Shown: positions 38,792-48,671 of the stretch, piece after piece
Numbering within the stretch: position 1 is the stretch's first letter
How the letters are laid out: each line of letters opens with the position of its first letter
NCBI GenBank assembly: GCA_964389655.1
Contig: CAYMED010000013.1
Location: forward strand, 1 to 64,000
Direction of reading: 5' to 3'
DNA: 64,000 bases
DNA from: an uncultured Candidatus Poseidoniales archaeon
GTDB lineage: Archaea > Thermoplasmatota > Poseidoniia > Poseidoniales > CAYMED01
Notes under the pieces: model-generated
Told to the model about the DNA's origin: nothing
The model's database searches: none
What the model saw: only the letters and a program-made list of their open reading frames with translations
Translations under genes and position numbers: made by a program

Positions 38792-39910
38792 TCATCCCTG
38801 CGAAACCATCTGCTGCATGGTGTCTTTGAGTTCCTGCATTTTCTGAGCCGGGTCGTGTGCTGCTTGTTGCTCAGATATCTGATCGTATGCCTTCTGTGGC
38901 GAACGAATGCCAAAGAAGCAAATGCTAGGATTCTGTGTGACTCCTCGGCTTTTGCGCTGTAATGTGGCAAGGATGATGAATATTTTCAGGAATTTGATAA
39001 CCGGATTCGATTTCTTATCGCCAGCTGCAACATCCACTGCAGCAGTCGCCGCAGCCGCTTCTACAGCACCGCTGCCCGAATCCTCAAGCCCTAGTCCTGA
39101 TGCCGTTAATGGGATGACATTACCAAAACGAAACATCGTCCCAAAGAAACCCTGTTCAAGATTAATGTCTGAGATTTGATCATAGAGGATTCTTCGTTGT
39201 GACCTGCTCATCATGAAGTCTCGCTTGAAAATTAATGCACGATTTGAGATTGCATAGGTAAATGATCTGCGGTAATATTCGACCATGAGCATCAAAAGGG
39301 CAAACCATACAATTCCGAGCATTAAGTAAGAACTACCACCCCATGTGAGGGGTATAATTGGGTCTGCATATAGATCGGGTAAAATTCCAAACATGAAGCC
39401 AGCCATCCCATCAACCTCGCCTCCGGATAAGCCATTGTCAAGAATGATGACTAAAGGAAGGATACCCATAAAGAGGAGCGAAAGTGTATACCATCGGCCA
39501 GATGTAGATACATTCAGGAAACGGTTGAACCAAGCCAACAGAAACATCGCTAAGACAAACCCAGAAACGCCTAATATGTCTACAAATGTGTTTATCCCCA
39601 CTTGCCAACCAGGCGCTCCATCATCAGGGTCGCTAAAGTCATACATCCAAAATAAGAGGTGAATTACTAGAACCCCTATTGCTACCAAATATTTCGATGT
39701 GAATGAAAGTATAGCTGGACGCATAATCCCGGATTCTAATTTTTCGCCGCTTGTAAGGCTGAACCTCTTGGCCAGTCGCTCATTTTTTGCCTCATTTGGG
39801 TCAACGGCAGGTGTGGCGGCAGGAGCGCTTTCCGCTGCTGGAACAGTTTCTTCTTCTGCTGCAGGGGGCTCTTCGGCCTGTGCGCCCTCATCTGTGGATT
39901 CGTCGGTCAT
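38792..39910 (-). CDS. Membrane protein with bacterial PH (bPH_2) domain
   Basis: 4 TM then YAISNR...ILYDQISDINLEQG..G.MF.FGNV. Confidence 0.75.
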   Translation of the reverse strand: MTDESTDEGAQAEEPPAAEEETVPAAESAPAATPAVDPNEAKNERLAKRFSLTSGEKLESGIMRPAILSFTSKYLVAIGVLVIHLLFWMYDFSDPDDGAPGWQVGINTFVDILGVSGFVLAMFLLAWFNRFLNVSTSGRWYTLSLLFMGILPLVIILDNGLSGGEVDGMAGFMFGILPDLYADPIIPLTWGGSSYLMLGIVWFALLMLMVEYYRRSFTYAISNRALIFKRDFMMSRSQRRILYDQISDINLEQGFFGTMFRFGNVIPLTASGLGLEDSGSGAVEAAAATAAVDVAAGDKKSNPVIKFLKIFIILATLQRKSRGVTQNPSICFFGIRSPQKAYDQISEQQAAHDPAQKMQELKDTMQQMVSQG

Positions 39911-39978
39911 GCTGCGCCATGTTCATGGTCTGCCTTTGACGGTTTTGTTGTTTACTACTACTTGGAACTTTGATTCCT

Positions 39979-41130
39979 TCAATGAAGAAACCCCCACGCT
40001 TGTTCTGCATTACCCCTGATCCAGGTCCAATTTTGGCGGTTTCGCGTGCCAATTTCATCTCTGATCTGAAGTGATTGTACGGTCAGCGGATATTCATTAT
40101 AGGTAAAGTGACTCAACATGCCACCCCGTGCGGGTTGATCAAAGGTCCAATTTGCGCGAGAAACAGCTTTAGTAACAACTTTGATCTTTGTTCTTCCATT
40201 GGCAAGGTGAACTGTAAATACCGGTAGTGCATTCTGATGGCTTCCTTGTGGGTCAACACTAATTTTCACGATGGAGAATCGCTCCGATCTATTGCGTTCA
40301 GCATCGATCCATAACGCACCTTCTCCGGTGGCAATACTACCCGCCATGTCGATAAAAGACCACGATTTGTTTGATCTGCGAAGAGCACGCCCACCAATAT
40401 GTGGTTGAAACCAGTCTAGATAGGACCCATCAGAAAAATGTAGCACGCCCCAGAACCAAGGTGCTGCAGGTGAATGGACCGCAACTTTTTGAAAATATGC
40501 AGTGCCAATAACTTCTTCACCGTCAATTGTTGCAATAGCATGTGCATGGCGAAGTCTTGAGATTTCATATCCGAATCCACCAGGCCATTTTCGAACTCGG
40601 TTCGAAATTCTTGAACCCAAATCTGTAGATGGCTCAATCTGGACGTTGATATTTTGAGGACCTGTCTTTCCCATTGAGCGCCTAGCATCGATCCAAAATG
40701 AGGTTAGATCAGCACTCATTCCAGTGGACAATCTTTTTTCCCAAAGAGGAACAACTGCACCTGCAACTCTGTGTGATTTTTCCACCAAAGCAATGCGCCC
40801 ATTTTCAAGAACCCATGGCTCATGCATTGTGTTTCCATCAAACCACCAAGAGGCAACGACACCATCGAATACTCGTGCCCCATTGTAGCTTTTTGAGGGA
40901 GAATAGTTCCGTTTCCAAACCTCTCCTGCGATATCAATTTTTTCAGTATCTTTGGTTGACCATAGGACCATCAATTGCCGGCCGGGATCATCCTCTCTTT
41001 TGCCTGGTAGCATAATTAGCCACCACCACCACCACCAAGAGAGTCCACGTGCAGGTGCTTTCCCCCCAATCTGCCATAGATTCGATACGTCTCCTCCAAA
41101 TGTGCTGGGATGTCCCCTGCTTGTCATCAT
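39979..41130 (-). CDS. Hypothetical Trp-rich beta protein, possibly tocopherol-cyclase/CrtC/AttH-like fold
   Basis: SWWWWWWL; GTAYFQKV...PWFWG motif. Confidence 0.5.
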   Translation of the reverse strand: MMTSRGHPSTFGGDVSNLWQIGGKAPARGLSWWWWWWLIMLPGKREDDPGRQLMVLWSTKDTEKIDIAGEVWKRNYSPSKSYNGARVFDGVVASWWFDGNTMHEPWVLENGRIALVEKSHRVAGAVVPLWEKRLSTGMSADLTSFWIDARRSMGKTGPQNINVQIEPSTDLGSRISNRVRKWPGGFGYEISRLRHAHAIATIDGEEVIGTAYFQKVAVHSPAAPWFWGVLHFSDGSYLDWFQPHIGGRALRRSNKSWSFIDMAGSIATGEGALWIDAERNRSERFSIVKISVDPQGSHQNALPVFTVHLANGRTKIKVVTKAVSRANWTFDQPARGGMLSHFTYNEYPLTVQSLQIRDEIGTRNRQNWTWIRGNAEQAWGFLH

Positions 41131-42284
41131 GCGAACTCCTTTGATGTTAGTATAGAGCGACCAATAAGCAAAACCGTTGGAATAAATACTAGCAAGACCA
41201 TGATGGAAGCACCCACTGATGCCAAAGCTCCCATCTCACCAAATCCGGGTGCACCCCATGACTCAGATGCTGCTTGTGAAATTTCTCCGTCAGGAATTTG
41301 TACATCCTCGATTGCTGCAATAAAGGTAGGGTGATCAGGCCAAGCAAGCATAACTGAAGCATCAATGATTTTGTTTGACCAACTCACTAAACTGAGTCTT
41401 GTGATCGCAGATGAACCCCCTCCAATCGTGATTGCCGCCATCATTGCTTCCCACAAACTTATGCCAATTGCTCCAACCATCCCAAAGCGATGAATGATTC
41501 CAAAGATGCAGAATAAGCAGGCATAGGCTGTTAGAAGTAACATTCCCGCACCTGCGATCGCTAGCCACATAGGTGCATCTTGTATGCGTATGAATCCATC
41601 ACCTGGTGCGATTAAACTGATGATGAACCCTTCTAAAATCACCATGATTGCGAGGTATGGGGCAGTAACTGCAAGAAACCCAAGTAATCTACCCACAAGG
41701 ATTTCTGAACGATCAAGTGGCTTGCCTGCAATGTAATGTATTGTTTCTCGTTCAATTTCGTCCCTAACAAGCCCTGTTGCCAAAAACAGGGCGAGAATTA
41801 ATGGGATTAGGAATGCCAATACGATTTTTCCGAAAGTCAAAACAAAACCGCGATGAATGGATTCTGACTCTAAGAATTGCTCATTTGGATCTTCATCAAC
41901 TAGTCTATCAGCGTACCGTTGAATTCTCCCATCCTCGACTGGAATTTCTCTCACTCCACAGTCAATTCCGTCAAGGTTTGCATCCCTCTGACTCCGTAAG
42001 GTTTGATTGGTACAATCATGATCCTCATCACCTCCACCGATTCCATCTTCACTAAATCGCCCATCCCCATCGTTATCAACTAAAGGAATTGCTTCCGCTT
42101 CACGAATTGCTTGACTATAAATCAAAGTGACCAATAGAACCACAAGCAAGCAAGTGGAAAGAACAACCCAAGTTGACAGCCGCTTACGTAACTGTCCTGT
42201 AGTAAACTCAATGATCGCTAATGCTTTGCGATCAAGGCGTCGCCAAACTCCCGTTCCATCGAGTCGGTCACCAGCCCCATTCAT
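41127..42284 (-). CDS. ABC-2 type permease with extracellular DxDxDG loop
   Basis: DEIERETIHYIAGKPLDRSEILVGR; multiple TM. Confidence 0.85.
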   Translation of the reverse strand: MNGAGDRLDGTGVWRRLDRKALAIIEFTTGQLRKRLSTWVVLSTCLLVVLLVTLIYSQAIREAEAIPLVDNDGDGRFSEDGIGGGDEDHDCTNQTLRSQRDANLDGIDCGVREIPVEDGRIQRYADRLVDEDPNEQFLESESIHRGFVLTFGKIVLAFLIPLILALFLATGLVRDEIERETIHYIAGKPLDRSEILVGRLLGFLAVTAPYLAIMVILEGFIISLIAPGDGFIRIQDAPMWLAIAGAGMLLLTAYACLFCIFGIIHRFGMVGAIGISLWEAMMAAITIGGGSSAITRLSLVSWSNKIIDASVMLAWPDHPTFIAAIEDVQIPDGEISQAASESWGAPGFGEMGALASVGASIMVLLVFIPTVLLIGRSILTSKEFA

Positions 42285-43225
42285 CTTCGCCCCTCCATGA
42301 GGTACTCGATGATTGACTCTAAATTGTCATCTGGATTATCAATTCCTGTAATGCGCACACCACTCTCTGAACAAATTTTAGGAAGATCTGAGTGGACTGA
42401 GTTGAGGTCTCTCGTGCGTAACATGAGCGAGTCATCCTCAAACTCTAGACCCACAACATCGTTGCGGTCTAAAAACCCGGTTGCGAGTTTTCGTGGCTCG
42501 GGAGTACTAAGGCAGATACGATGGGGATGTTTGTCAAGAAGTTCTCGAATCGCATGAATATTACCTAGTGCAAGAAGTCTCCCATTATGCAAAATGATGA
42601 TTTGCTCTGTGATTCGTTCAACTTCTTGTAGAATATGACTAGTTACAATTATTGTTCGCCCTTCGGCACCCAATTTCCTAACAAGGTCCATGATGATCGT
42701 GCGGGCTAGGGGATCACAACCTTGTAGAGGTTCATCAAGTATCAGAAGCTCAGGGTCATTGACAAGGGAATGTGCTAGTTTTACTCGTTGTCGCATTCCT
42801 TTGCTGAAGCCACCAATTTCTCTATCCATAGCTTCTCTCAAGCCAACAAAATCTAACATGTCTGTGGCACGCTCTCCTGCTTCCTCTCGGGTATATCCGT
42901 ACAAGCGTGCAAAAGTAGATACAAAGGAATGGGCAGTCATCCAGTCATGCATTTTTTCCGATTCAGGGCAATACCCCACGCGAGCATAAGGCGCGGGGTT
43001 TGTCCACGGATCAATGCCAAACAATCTAATCGTGCCCTTGTTAGGTTTTAGGCGCCCTACTGCCATCTTCAAAAAGGTACTTTTTCCAGCACCATTGAGG
43101 CCTAACAAACCGGTCACACCTCCGCGAATTGCAACAGAAACATCGTTTAATCCAATAATTTGTCCATACCACCGGCTCACGTTCTCAAACATCAAAGCTG
43201 GAGTAATGGGGGCTGAAGCGGTCAT
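42281..43225 (-). CDS. ABC transporter ATP-binding protein
   Basis: GLNGAGKS, FSKGMRQR, LILDEP, TSH. Confidence 0.95.
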   Translation of the reverse strand: MTASAPITPALMFENVSRWYGQIIGLNDVSVAIRGGVTGLLGLNGAGKSTFLKMAVGRLKPNKGTIRLFGIDPWTNPAPYARVGYCPESEKMHDWMTAHSFVSTFARLYGYTREEAGERATDMLDFVGLREAMDREIGGFSKGMRQRVKLAHSLVNDPELLILDEPLQGCDPLARTIIMDLVRKLGAEGRTIIVTSHILQEVERITEQIIILHNGRLLALGNIHAIRELLDKHPHRICLSTPEPRKLATGFLDRNDVVGLEFEDDSLMLRTRDLNSVHSDLPKICSESGVRITGIDNPDDNLESIIEYLMEGRR

Positions 43226-44238
43226 TCTCTAGTCACTTCCATGCTTGTAATTCGTACAGCAACCACATAGAGCGATATAGCATTCATGAGCACCAATGAT
43301 ACTAAACTCCATGTCCAAGAGTGGCTATAATTTCCTTCAATTCCCATCATGACTTGTGCAATATGGGCAACAACGTCGTAGGGTGAAAGCAGCAAAAAGA
43401 TACTCCTTTCGAACAATTCTCGGACGATTGTGCCAATAAGACGTGTGCCCAAGAGCAATCCTATGAGTGCAACGGCAGGCATGAAGCGACCCTGTGACAC
43501 AGATGAAAATGCTAGACCGAGGCTCGTATACGTTATGACCATCAATGAACCAGCAACCAAGGCCTTGACGAAAATCGGAAAAGTATCAAGCAAGTAGTTC
43601 CACCCTTCACCAGTAAGCAATATTGCTCCTGAGTAATACATACAGAGAGTGAATAACATTACAATTCCTAGAATGATGGCCATTGAGAGAAATTTCATGG
43701 CAGCATAATCGATTCGAGACACTGGGCGTGAAAAATAAATGGCTGAAAGCCCATATCGTCTATCTTCGCTAATCATGCCACCGGCCAATATCGCAGCAAC
43801 CAGTGGGAAACAAAATGCATTTCTCGGAAAATATCCAAGGACATGTGCGTAGAGGTTTGACCGATTGACACCCCACATCTCCATCAGTTCGCTAATCCCG
43901 CTTAGGGATGCGATAAATACCATCAGCAAGTCCGTTAATGAACCTAGAAACATGATGAGGATGACCAATCTTGTGGGCATGGACCAAGGGCGATGCCCTT
44001 TGGAGAATATCCCATAAAGGTGGTGACGGAGCATAGCATAATTTCTTGCCCAACGCCCACCGAGTCCACCTTCCCATGGTCGATAGATTTGTTCAAAAAT
44101 AGTCCCTGCAGATGCAGTGGACGCGGCTTCACTATCCCCCGACCATGCAGACTCTATGCGTGATGTGCCACCAATACGTCCTCCCGATTGCCCAAATACT
44201 TCCGTATCTGCGGTATCCATGACATCCTCATCGTTCAT
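43222..44238 (-). CDS. ABC-2 type permease
   Basis: ISEDRRYG...YFSRPVSRIDY; 6 TM. Confidence 0.85.
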   Translation of the reverse strand: MNDEDVMDTADTEVFGQSGGRIGGTSRIESAWSGDSEAASTASAGTIFEQIYRPWEGGLGGRWARNYAMLRHHLYGIFSKGHRPWSMPTRLVILIMFLGSLTDLLMVFIASLSGISELMEMWGVNRSNLYAHVLGYFPRNAFCFPLVAAILAGGMISEDRRYGLSAIYFSRPVSRIDYAAMKFLSMAIILGIVMLFTLCMYYSGAILLTGEGWNYLLDTFPIFVKALVAGSLMVITYTSLGLAFSSVSQGRFMPAVALIGLLLGTRLIGTIVRELFERSIFLLLSPYDVVAHIAQVMMGIEGNYSHSWTWSLVSLVLMNAISLYVVAVRITSMEVTRE

Positions 44239-45218
44239 GTGATCACCCTCCCATTAGAACCCGAATCAGGCGCCATTTCTCCTATCCCATAGCCAAGCCG
44301 GTCCATTATTGCGAGGAAGAGATCTTCAAGGCTGGCTTCATGATCAAACATCCTACGAATTTGTACTTCTTCGGCGGCAGCAGTACCTAGGATGATCTTC
44401 ATTGTGTCCTCATCATCTCTACGGATTCGCAATACTCGGCCCGACCTTCGAACAAGCATCCCAGTGCGCTTGAGTGCGCGTTCAAGTTTTTCCGTCCCAC
44501 CCCAGACATGAACTTCGATTTCCCGATCAATTGCCTTCAAATCCTCGATTTTACCACGTGCAATCACTTTTCCCTTGTGTATCATGAGAATGCTATCACA
44601 TATCTCTTCAACATCATCCATCAAGTGACTAGACATCAGAAGACTTCGCTTCCCTTCGGAAAGAATTTGCTTCATTGTGTTGAGCATAAACTCCCGGATT
44701 TGTGGATCAAGGCCATTTGTAGGCTCATCACAAACAATTAGATCAGGATCGTGTATGAGGGCACAGGCGAGTTTTGTAGATTGCTTCATTCCCGTACTGA
44801 ATGTCTCAATTGCTCGATATCGTTGCTCGCGCAATCCCACATATTCGAGTACTTCGTGTGCTCGTTGCTGAGCAACAGATGGATTCATTCCTAATAATTC
44901 ACCAGAGTAGGTGACTTGGTGGATTGCCTGCAAACCTCCGTGCAGGCAGTCATATTCAGGCATGTACCCTATCCTACTACGAATTGCAGCACCCTCTGTG
45001 GATATATCATGTCCAAGTACGTCGCCGGTTCCTTCGGATGGTTCAATCAAACCTAGCAGACACTTAATCAGAGTTGATTTCCCACTACCATTAGGCCCGA
45101 GTAAACCTGTAGCTCCTGCGGCGATTTCAAAGTCTACTGAGTCAAGAGCACGTGTGGTTCCATAGTCCTTTGTGAGACCTTTGGTGCGGATGACCCATGA
45201 GTCTGACATGGCACTCAC
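44235..45218 (-). CDS. ABC transporter ATP-binding protein
   Basis: GPNGSGKS, FSTGMKQ, VCDEP, SSH. Confidence 0.95.
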   Translation of the reverse strand: MSAMSDSWVIRTKGLTKDYGTTRALDSVDFEIAAGATGLLGPNGSGKSTLIKCLLGLIEPSEGTGDVLGHDISTEGAAIRSRIGYMPEYDCLHGGLQAIHQVTYSGELLGMNPSVAQQRAHEVLEYVGLREQRYRAIETFSTGMKQSTKLACALIHDPDLIVCDEPTNGLDPQIREFMLNTMKQILSEGKRSLLMSSHLMDDVEEICDSILMIHKGKVIARGKIEDLKAIDREIEVHVWGGTEKLERALKRTGMLVRRSGRVLRIRRDDEDTMKIILGTAAAEEVQIRRMFDHEASLEDLFLAIMDRLGYGIGEMAPDSGSNGRVIT

Positions 45219-45242
45219 TCGTGTGCATGAGAGGGGGGCGGT

Positions 45243-47321
45243 TCAAGATTGTTCATCTGTTGTGATTCCATCACGGACTCGTACAACCATACCACGACGC
45301 CCACCTAATGCCTCAACCGAGGTGCTTTCAGCAGTGCCATGCCCTACCAATTCATCATTTGGTCCAATTACAAGACATGGCCATCCTGGGATGAGAAAAC
45401 CCTCGACATTCTCTACGAATCCATGAAACACAGAACGTCCTTCGCGGACAAAAGGAACAGCATCGGAATGTATATTCACACGCGGTAGTCCGATCCATCT
45501 TTGTCCACTAACAGGAGCATTAGCAAATAGTTTGGCTCCAGTTGCAGTAAGACGTAAACCCCCATCATTAAGGCGCATTGATGCGAGATGTATTCCATCT
45601 GAATCGAGTAAGTTTGTGAGTCTACCCGTTCGACTCCATCGCCCGCGCGGGTTTGGGATTATGTTTCTTAGTAAATCCCCCTGAATTCCACAAAAAAAGG
45701 CTAAACGATCAATGACTGAACTCCATGTATCTTCGTCGAGAGGCGCATCTTCGTGGGGTTTTTCCCGTCGTGGAAGATCTTCAAGGTCGGTTTGAGGTGG
45801 GGCATCTAAGTATGCCCATGGCACGCTTTTCAGACCTAATTCATCTAACTCGTGCTCGATCTCTCTTTGAGATTCCATTTTGTCTTCCAACCAATTCGGA
45901 GCCTGAATTTGAGACCAAGGTGCTACATCTTCAAGCGATGCTGGTAGTAAACCTAGGGGCGTTGCGATAAGTGCTGTTGAATCACCAATTTCTGATTTTA
46001 ACTGGACTAATGACCGCCTATGGGGTGGGCGAGAACCTCGCACTACTCGAATAGAGTTAACATTCTTTGTACACCAGCGTTCTCGAAGTAGCCGGCGTGC
46101 TGCTAGATGCTCGGGGCGGTATCTCACCCATTCGCTAGTCCAAAAAACACCTCCAGTGCGTGTAGGGCGCGCATCATCAACAAGACGTGAAGTAAATTGG
46201 TCCCCATCTTTTTCTTGTAATCTATCAATTACGTAATCAAAAGCTTCCACCAAACGTGGATGCCCGCGCATCCTTTTTTCCACTAATTCCCACAACCTTT
46301 TGCGCCTGACTGCATCACGAACGAGACTGACTTCGTGTATACTCACTTCCAAGTTGATCCTTGCAATCACTTTCTCACGTTCATCTTTGGCGCAACTCCG
46401 CAGAGATTTCGGGGATGCTTGTGCAGCAGTGGGAGATAGACTGGGCCAAACATCAATCTCATCAAGTCGAAATGTTCCTTCAGGGGATAGGATTCGGTCG
46501 TCTCTCGCAAAAATCGCATAAGCAGCGGAATCGAATAAGTCTGCCCCTAATGCTACACCTAATGCGAAAAGGTGTGGGTGTCCGCATCCGAATAGATGCA
46601 CAGGTCTTCCAGGGGGGATTTGTGGTCGTACTGCAGCGATGATTTGGACTAGTTCTAGATAGCGCTGTTGCTCCATCAAAGGTACAATGCCACCTATGGG
46701 GTGAACAGTGAATCCGTGCTTTCTCATTTCTCGCGCAGATTTTTGCCGAAGATCGGTATGCAGGCCACCTTGAATAGGGCCGTTGAGCAACATCGTTGGC
46801 TGACCATTTTCCTCCGCTGCTGCCTTGAGTGCGGCAGGAGCACGCTCGGCAGTCAATGAAACTGCATCTTGAATTTCTTCACGTGACATATCTGGCCGTC
46901 CAAATACATCGAGCATTGTTCCAATGTCGACGCCGATTGTTCTTTGGAATTTTACAATTTCAACAGGATCTATTTCGAGATCTCCATACATATAGGATTG
47001 GAACGTTCCAGAATCTGTCATAACAGCCCCTGGGAAATTCAACAATTTATGGATGCCAAGTGTTTCAGCCTCCTTGCGTAACTCATCCGAGCGTTGTATG
47101 ATGTAGGCATTTGTGATCAAAGCATCTATCTCTAATTCATTCCACATCTCGCTGGGTTCAACAATTCTCAAATTTGGATTTACCACAGGAAGCAATGCGG
47201 GTGTACGAATAATTCCGTGTCTTGTGTGCATCCGGCCCATGCGCCCTAACCCATCTCCGCCAATTCGCTCAAAGGCGCCCACATCGCCTTCGCGACACGG
47301 CGTTGGAACTGGGCGGCTCAT
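45243..47321 (-). CDS. tgtA: Archaeosine tRNA-guanine(15) transglycosylase with C-terminal PUA domain
   Basis: TPALLPVVNP, MTDSGTFQ, PIGGIVPLME, HLFGCGHP, DLFDSAAY; PUA-like C-terminus. Confidence 0.93.
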   Translation of the reverse strand: MSRPVPTPCREGDVGAFERIGGDGLGRMGRMHTRHGIIRTPALLPVVNPNLRIVEPSEMWNELEIDALITNAYIIQRSDELRKEAETLGIHKLLNFPGAVMTDSGTFQSYMYGDLEIDPVEIVKFQRTIGVDIGTMLDVFGRPDMSREEIQDAVSLTAERAPAALKAAAEENGQPTMLLNGPIQGGLHTDLRQKSAREMRKHGFTVHPIGGIVPLMEQQRYLELVQIIAAVRPQIPPGRPVHLFGCGHPHLFALGVALGADLFDSAAYAIFARDDRILSPEGTFRLDEIDVWPSLSPTAAQASPKSLRSCAKDEREKVIARINLEVSIHEVSLVRDAVRRKRLWELVEKRMRGHPRLVEAFDYVIDRLQEKDGDQFTSRLVDDARPTRTGGVFWTSEWVRYRPEHLAARRLLRERWCTKNVNSIRVVRGSRPPHRRSLVQLKSEIGDSTALIATPLGLLPASLEDVAPWSQIQAPNWLEDKMESQREIEHELDELGLKSVPWAYLDAPPQTDLEDLPRREKPHEDAPLDEDTWSSVIDRLAFFCGIQGDLLRNIIPNPRGRWSRTGRLTNLLDSDGIHLASMRLNDGGLRLTATGAKLFANAPVSGQRWIGLPRVNIHSDAVPFVREGRSVFHGFVENVEGFLIPGWPCLVIGPNDELVGHGTAESTSVEALGGRRGMVVRVRDGITTDEQS

Positions 47322-47383
47322 GTATGGCGGGCAAGGTTCTTCATCCATGACGCTACCGTTTCGATCGAGCAAATGACTAGAAA

Positions 47384-47803
47384 TCAGACATCAACAATCT
47401 GAACATCGCCTTCAGCCTCAAACCAAGCCCTCACAATTTCAGGCATTGCAGAAATCGCCGTTCGAGAAAAGGAAACAGAAGCAATTTGGGCATCGGCCTC
47501 AAGATCGTCTCGAATGGCAATTAATGTACCTGGTGATGCTCCACAAGCGAGGCACGCTCCTTCAAGGTCTAGAACAAGATGAATTCCTCCCTCTTGCATT
47601 TTCGCATCTAGTACCTTCATCCCTCCCTCATGTGATACTAATGATGCACGTACTGGACCTAGGCGCTCCATTAATGCACCAAGAAATTGGGTCCCCTTGC
47701 TTTCTCCATTATTGCACACAGCCTCAAGGTCAAGTGCAAGCAATCTGATTCTTTCTTTCGGATCAATGGTTGTGGCAAGTAGGCTTTCAACTTCTTTTTC
47801 CAC
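47384..47803 (-). CDS. NifU/Nfu-type Fe-S scaffold domain protein
   Basis: VRASLVSHEGG...LEGACLACGASPGTL (Nfu CxxC); divergent from sufC. Confidence 0.75.
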   Translation of the reverse strand: MEKEVESLLATTIDPKERIRLLALDLEAVCNNGESKGTQFLGALMERLGPVRASLVSHEGGMKVLDAKMQEGGIHLVLDLEGACLACGASPGTLIAIRDDLEADAQIASVSFSRTAISAMPEIVRAWFEAEGDVQIVDV

Positions 47804-47884
47804 AGAAAGTCTTGTTTCCGCGCGATACGCCTCGGCCAGTTCATCCCTGATTATCCCGCCTCCTGTCCTTCCAATGTTTACACT

Positions 47885-47893
47885 CCTTCATAA
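47885..47893 (+). promoter_or_regulatory. Candidate TATA-like element (TTCATAA) about 25-30 nt upstream of the sufC ATG, suggesting a leaderless transcript
   Basis: Similar TTCATAA/TTGATAA elements lie at about the same distance upstream of ATG 12801 and ATG 3038. Confidence 0.4.
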
Positions 47894-47916
47894 GGTGGAC
47901 TTGACCCCATCGGTCT

Positions 47917-48663
47917 ATGAGTGCGGTATCTCGATTGATCATCGAGGACCTCCATGCATCCGTAGGCGATATCGAAATTCTACGTGGCATAGATCTCAAT
48001 ATTTCATCAGGCGAGGTACATGCGATAATGGGCCGAAATGGCAGTGGAAAATCGACTCTAGCAAATGTGTTGATGGGTCATCCTGGATATACAGTAACCT
48101 CTGGCCGTATTCTTTTGGATGGAAAAAACCTGCTTGAAAAGGAGGTTCACGAAAGAGCACGTGCGGGCGTTTTCCTCTCATTTCAACATCCTGTTTCAGT
48201 ACCTGGCGTGCAAGTTGGTAATCTGCTTAAGCGTTCCATGACTGCCCTACGCGGTAAAGTTGTGCCTGCTCCTGAATTTCGGAAAGAAGTGCGCGAAGCA
48301 ATGGAAATTCTCGACATGGACCGAAGCTTTTTGTCACGTACAGTGAATGATGGATTTAGCGGAGGCGAACGCAAACGTATGGAAATTTTGCAGTTAATCT
48401 TGGCTAAACCACGCTTAGCCATTCTAGATGAAGCCGATTCAGGTCTTGACATCGATGCACTTCGAGCAGTTGCTACAGGAATTAAATCCATTTCCAGTGA
48501 AGCAGCAACATTAGCAATCACTCATTATCGGAGAATTCTCGATCATTTGCAACCTGATTGTGTGCATGTGCTGATGGATGGCCGAATTGTGGAAAGTGGA
48601 GATGCAGAACTCGTTGATCGGCTAGAGAATGAAGGATATGAATGGATCAATGAAAACCTATAG
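47917..48663 (+). CDS. sufC: Fe-S assembly ATPase SufC
   Basis: GRNGSGKST, FQHP, NDGFSGGERKR, LDEADSGLDID, ITHY. Confidence 0.96.
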   Translation: MSAVSRLIIEDLHASVGDIEILRGIDLNISSGEVHAIMGRNGSGKSTLANVLMGHPGYTVTSGRILLDGKNLLEKEVHERARAGVFLSFQHPVSVPGVQVGNLLKRSMTALRGKVVPAPEFRKEVREAMEILDMDRSFLSRTVNDGFSGGERKRMEILQLILAKPRLAILDEADSGLDIDALRAVATGIKSISSEAATLAITHYRRILDHLQPDCVHVLMDGRIVESGDAELVDRLENEGYEWINENL

Positions 48664-48671
48664 GTGATTGA

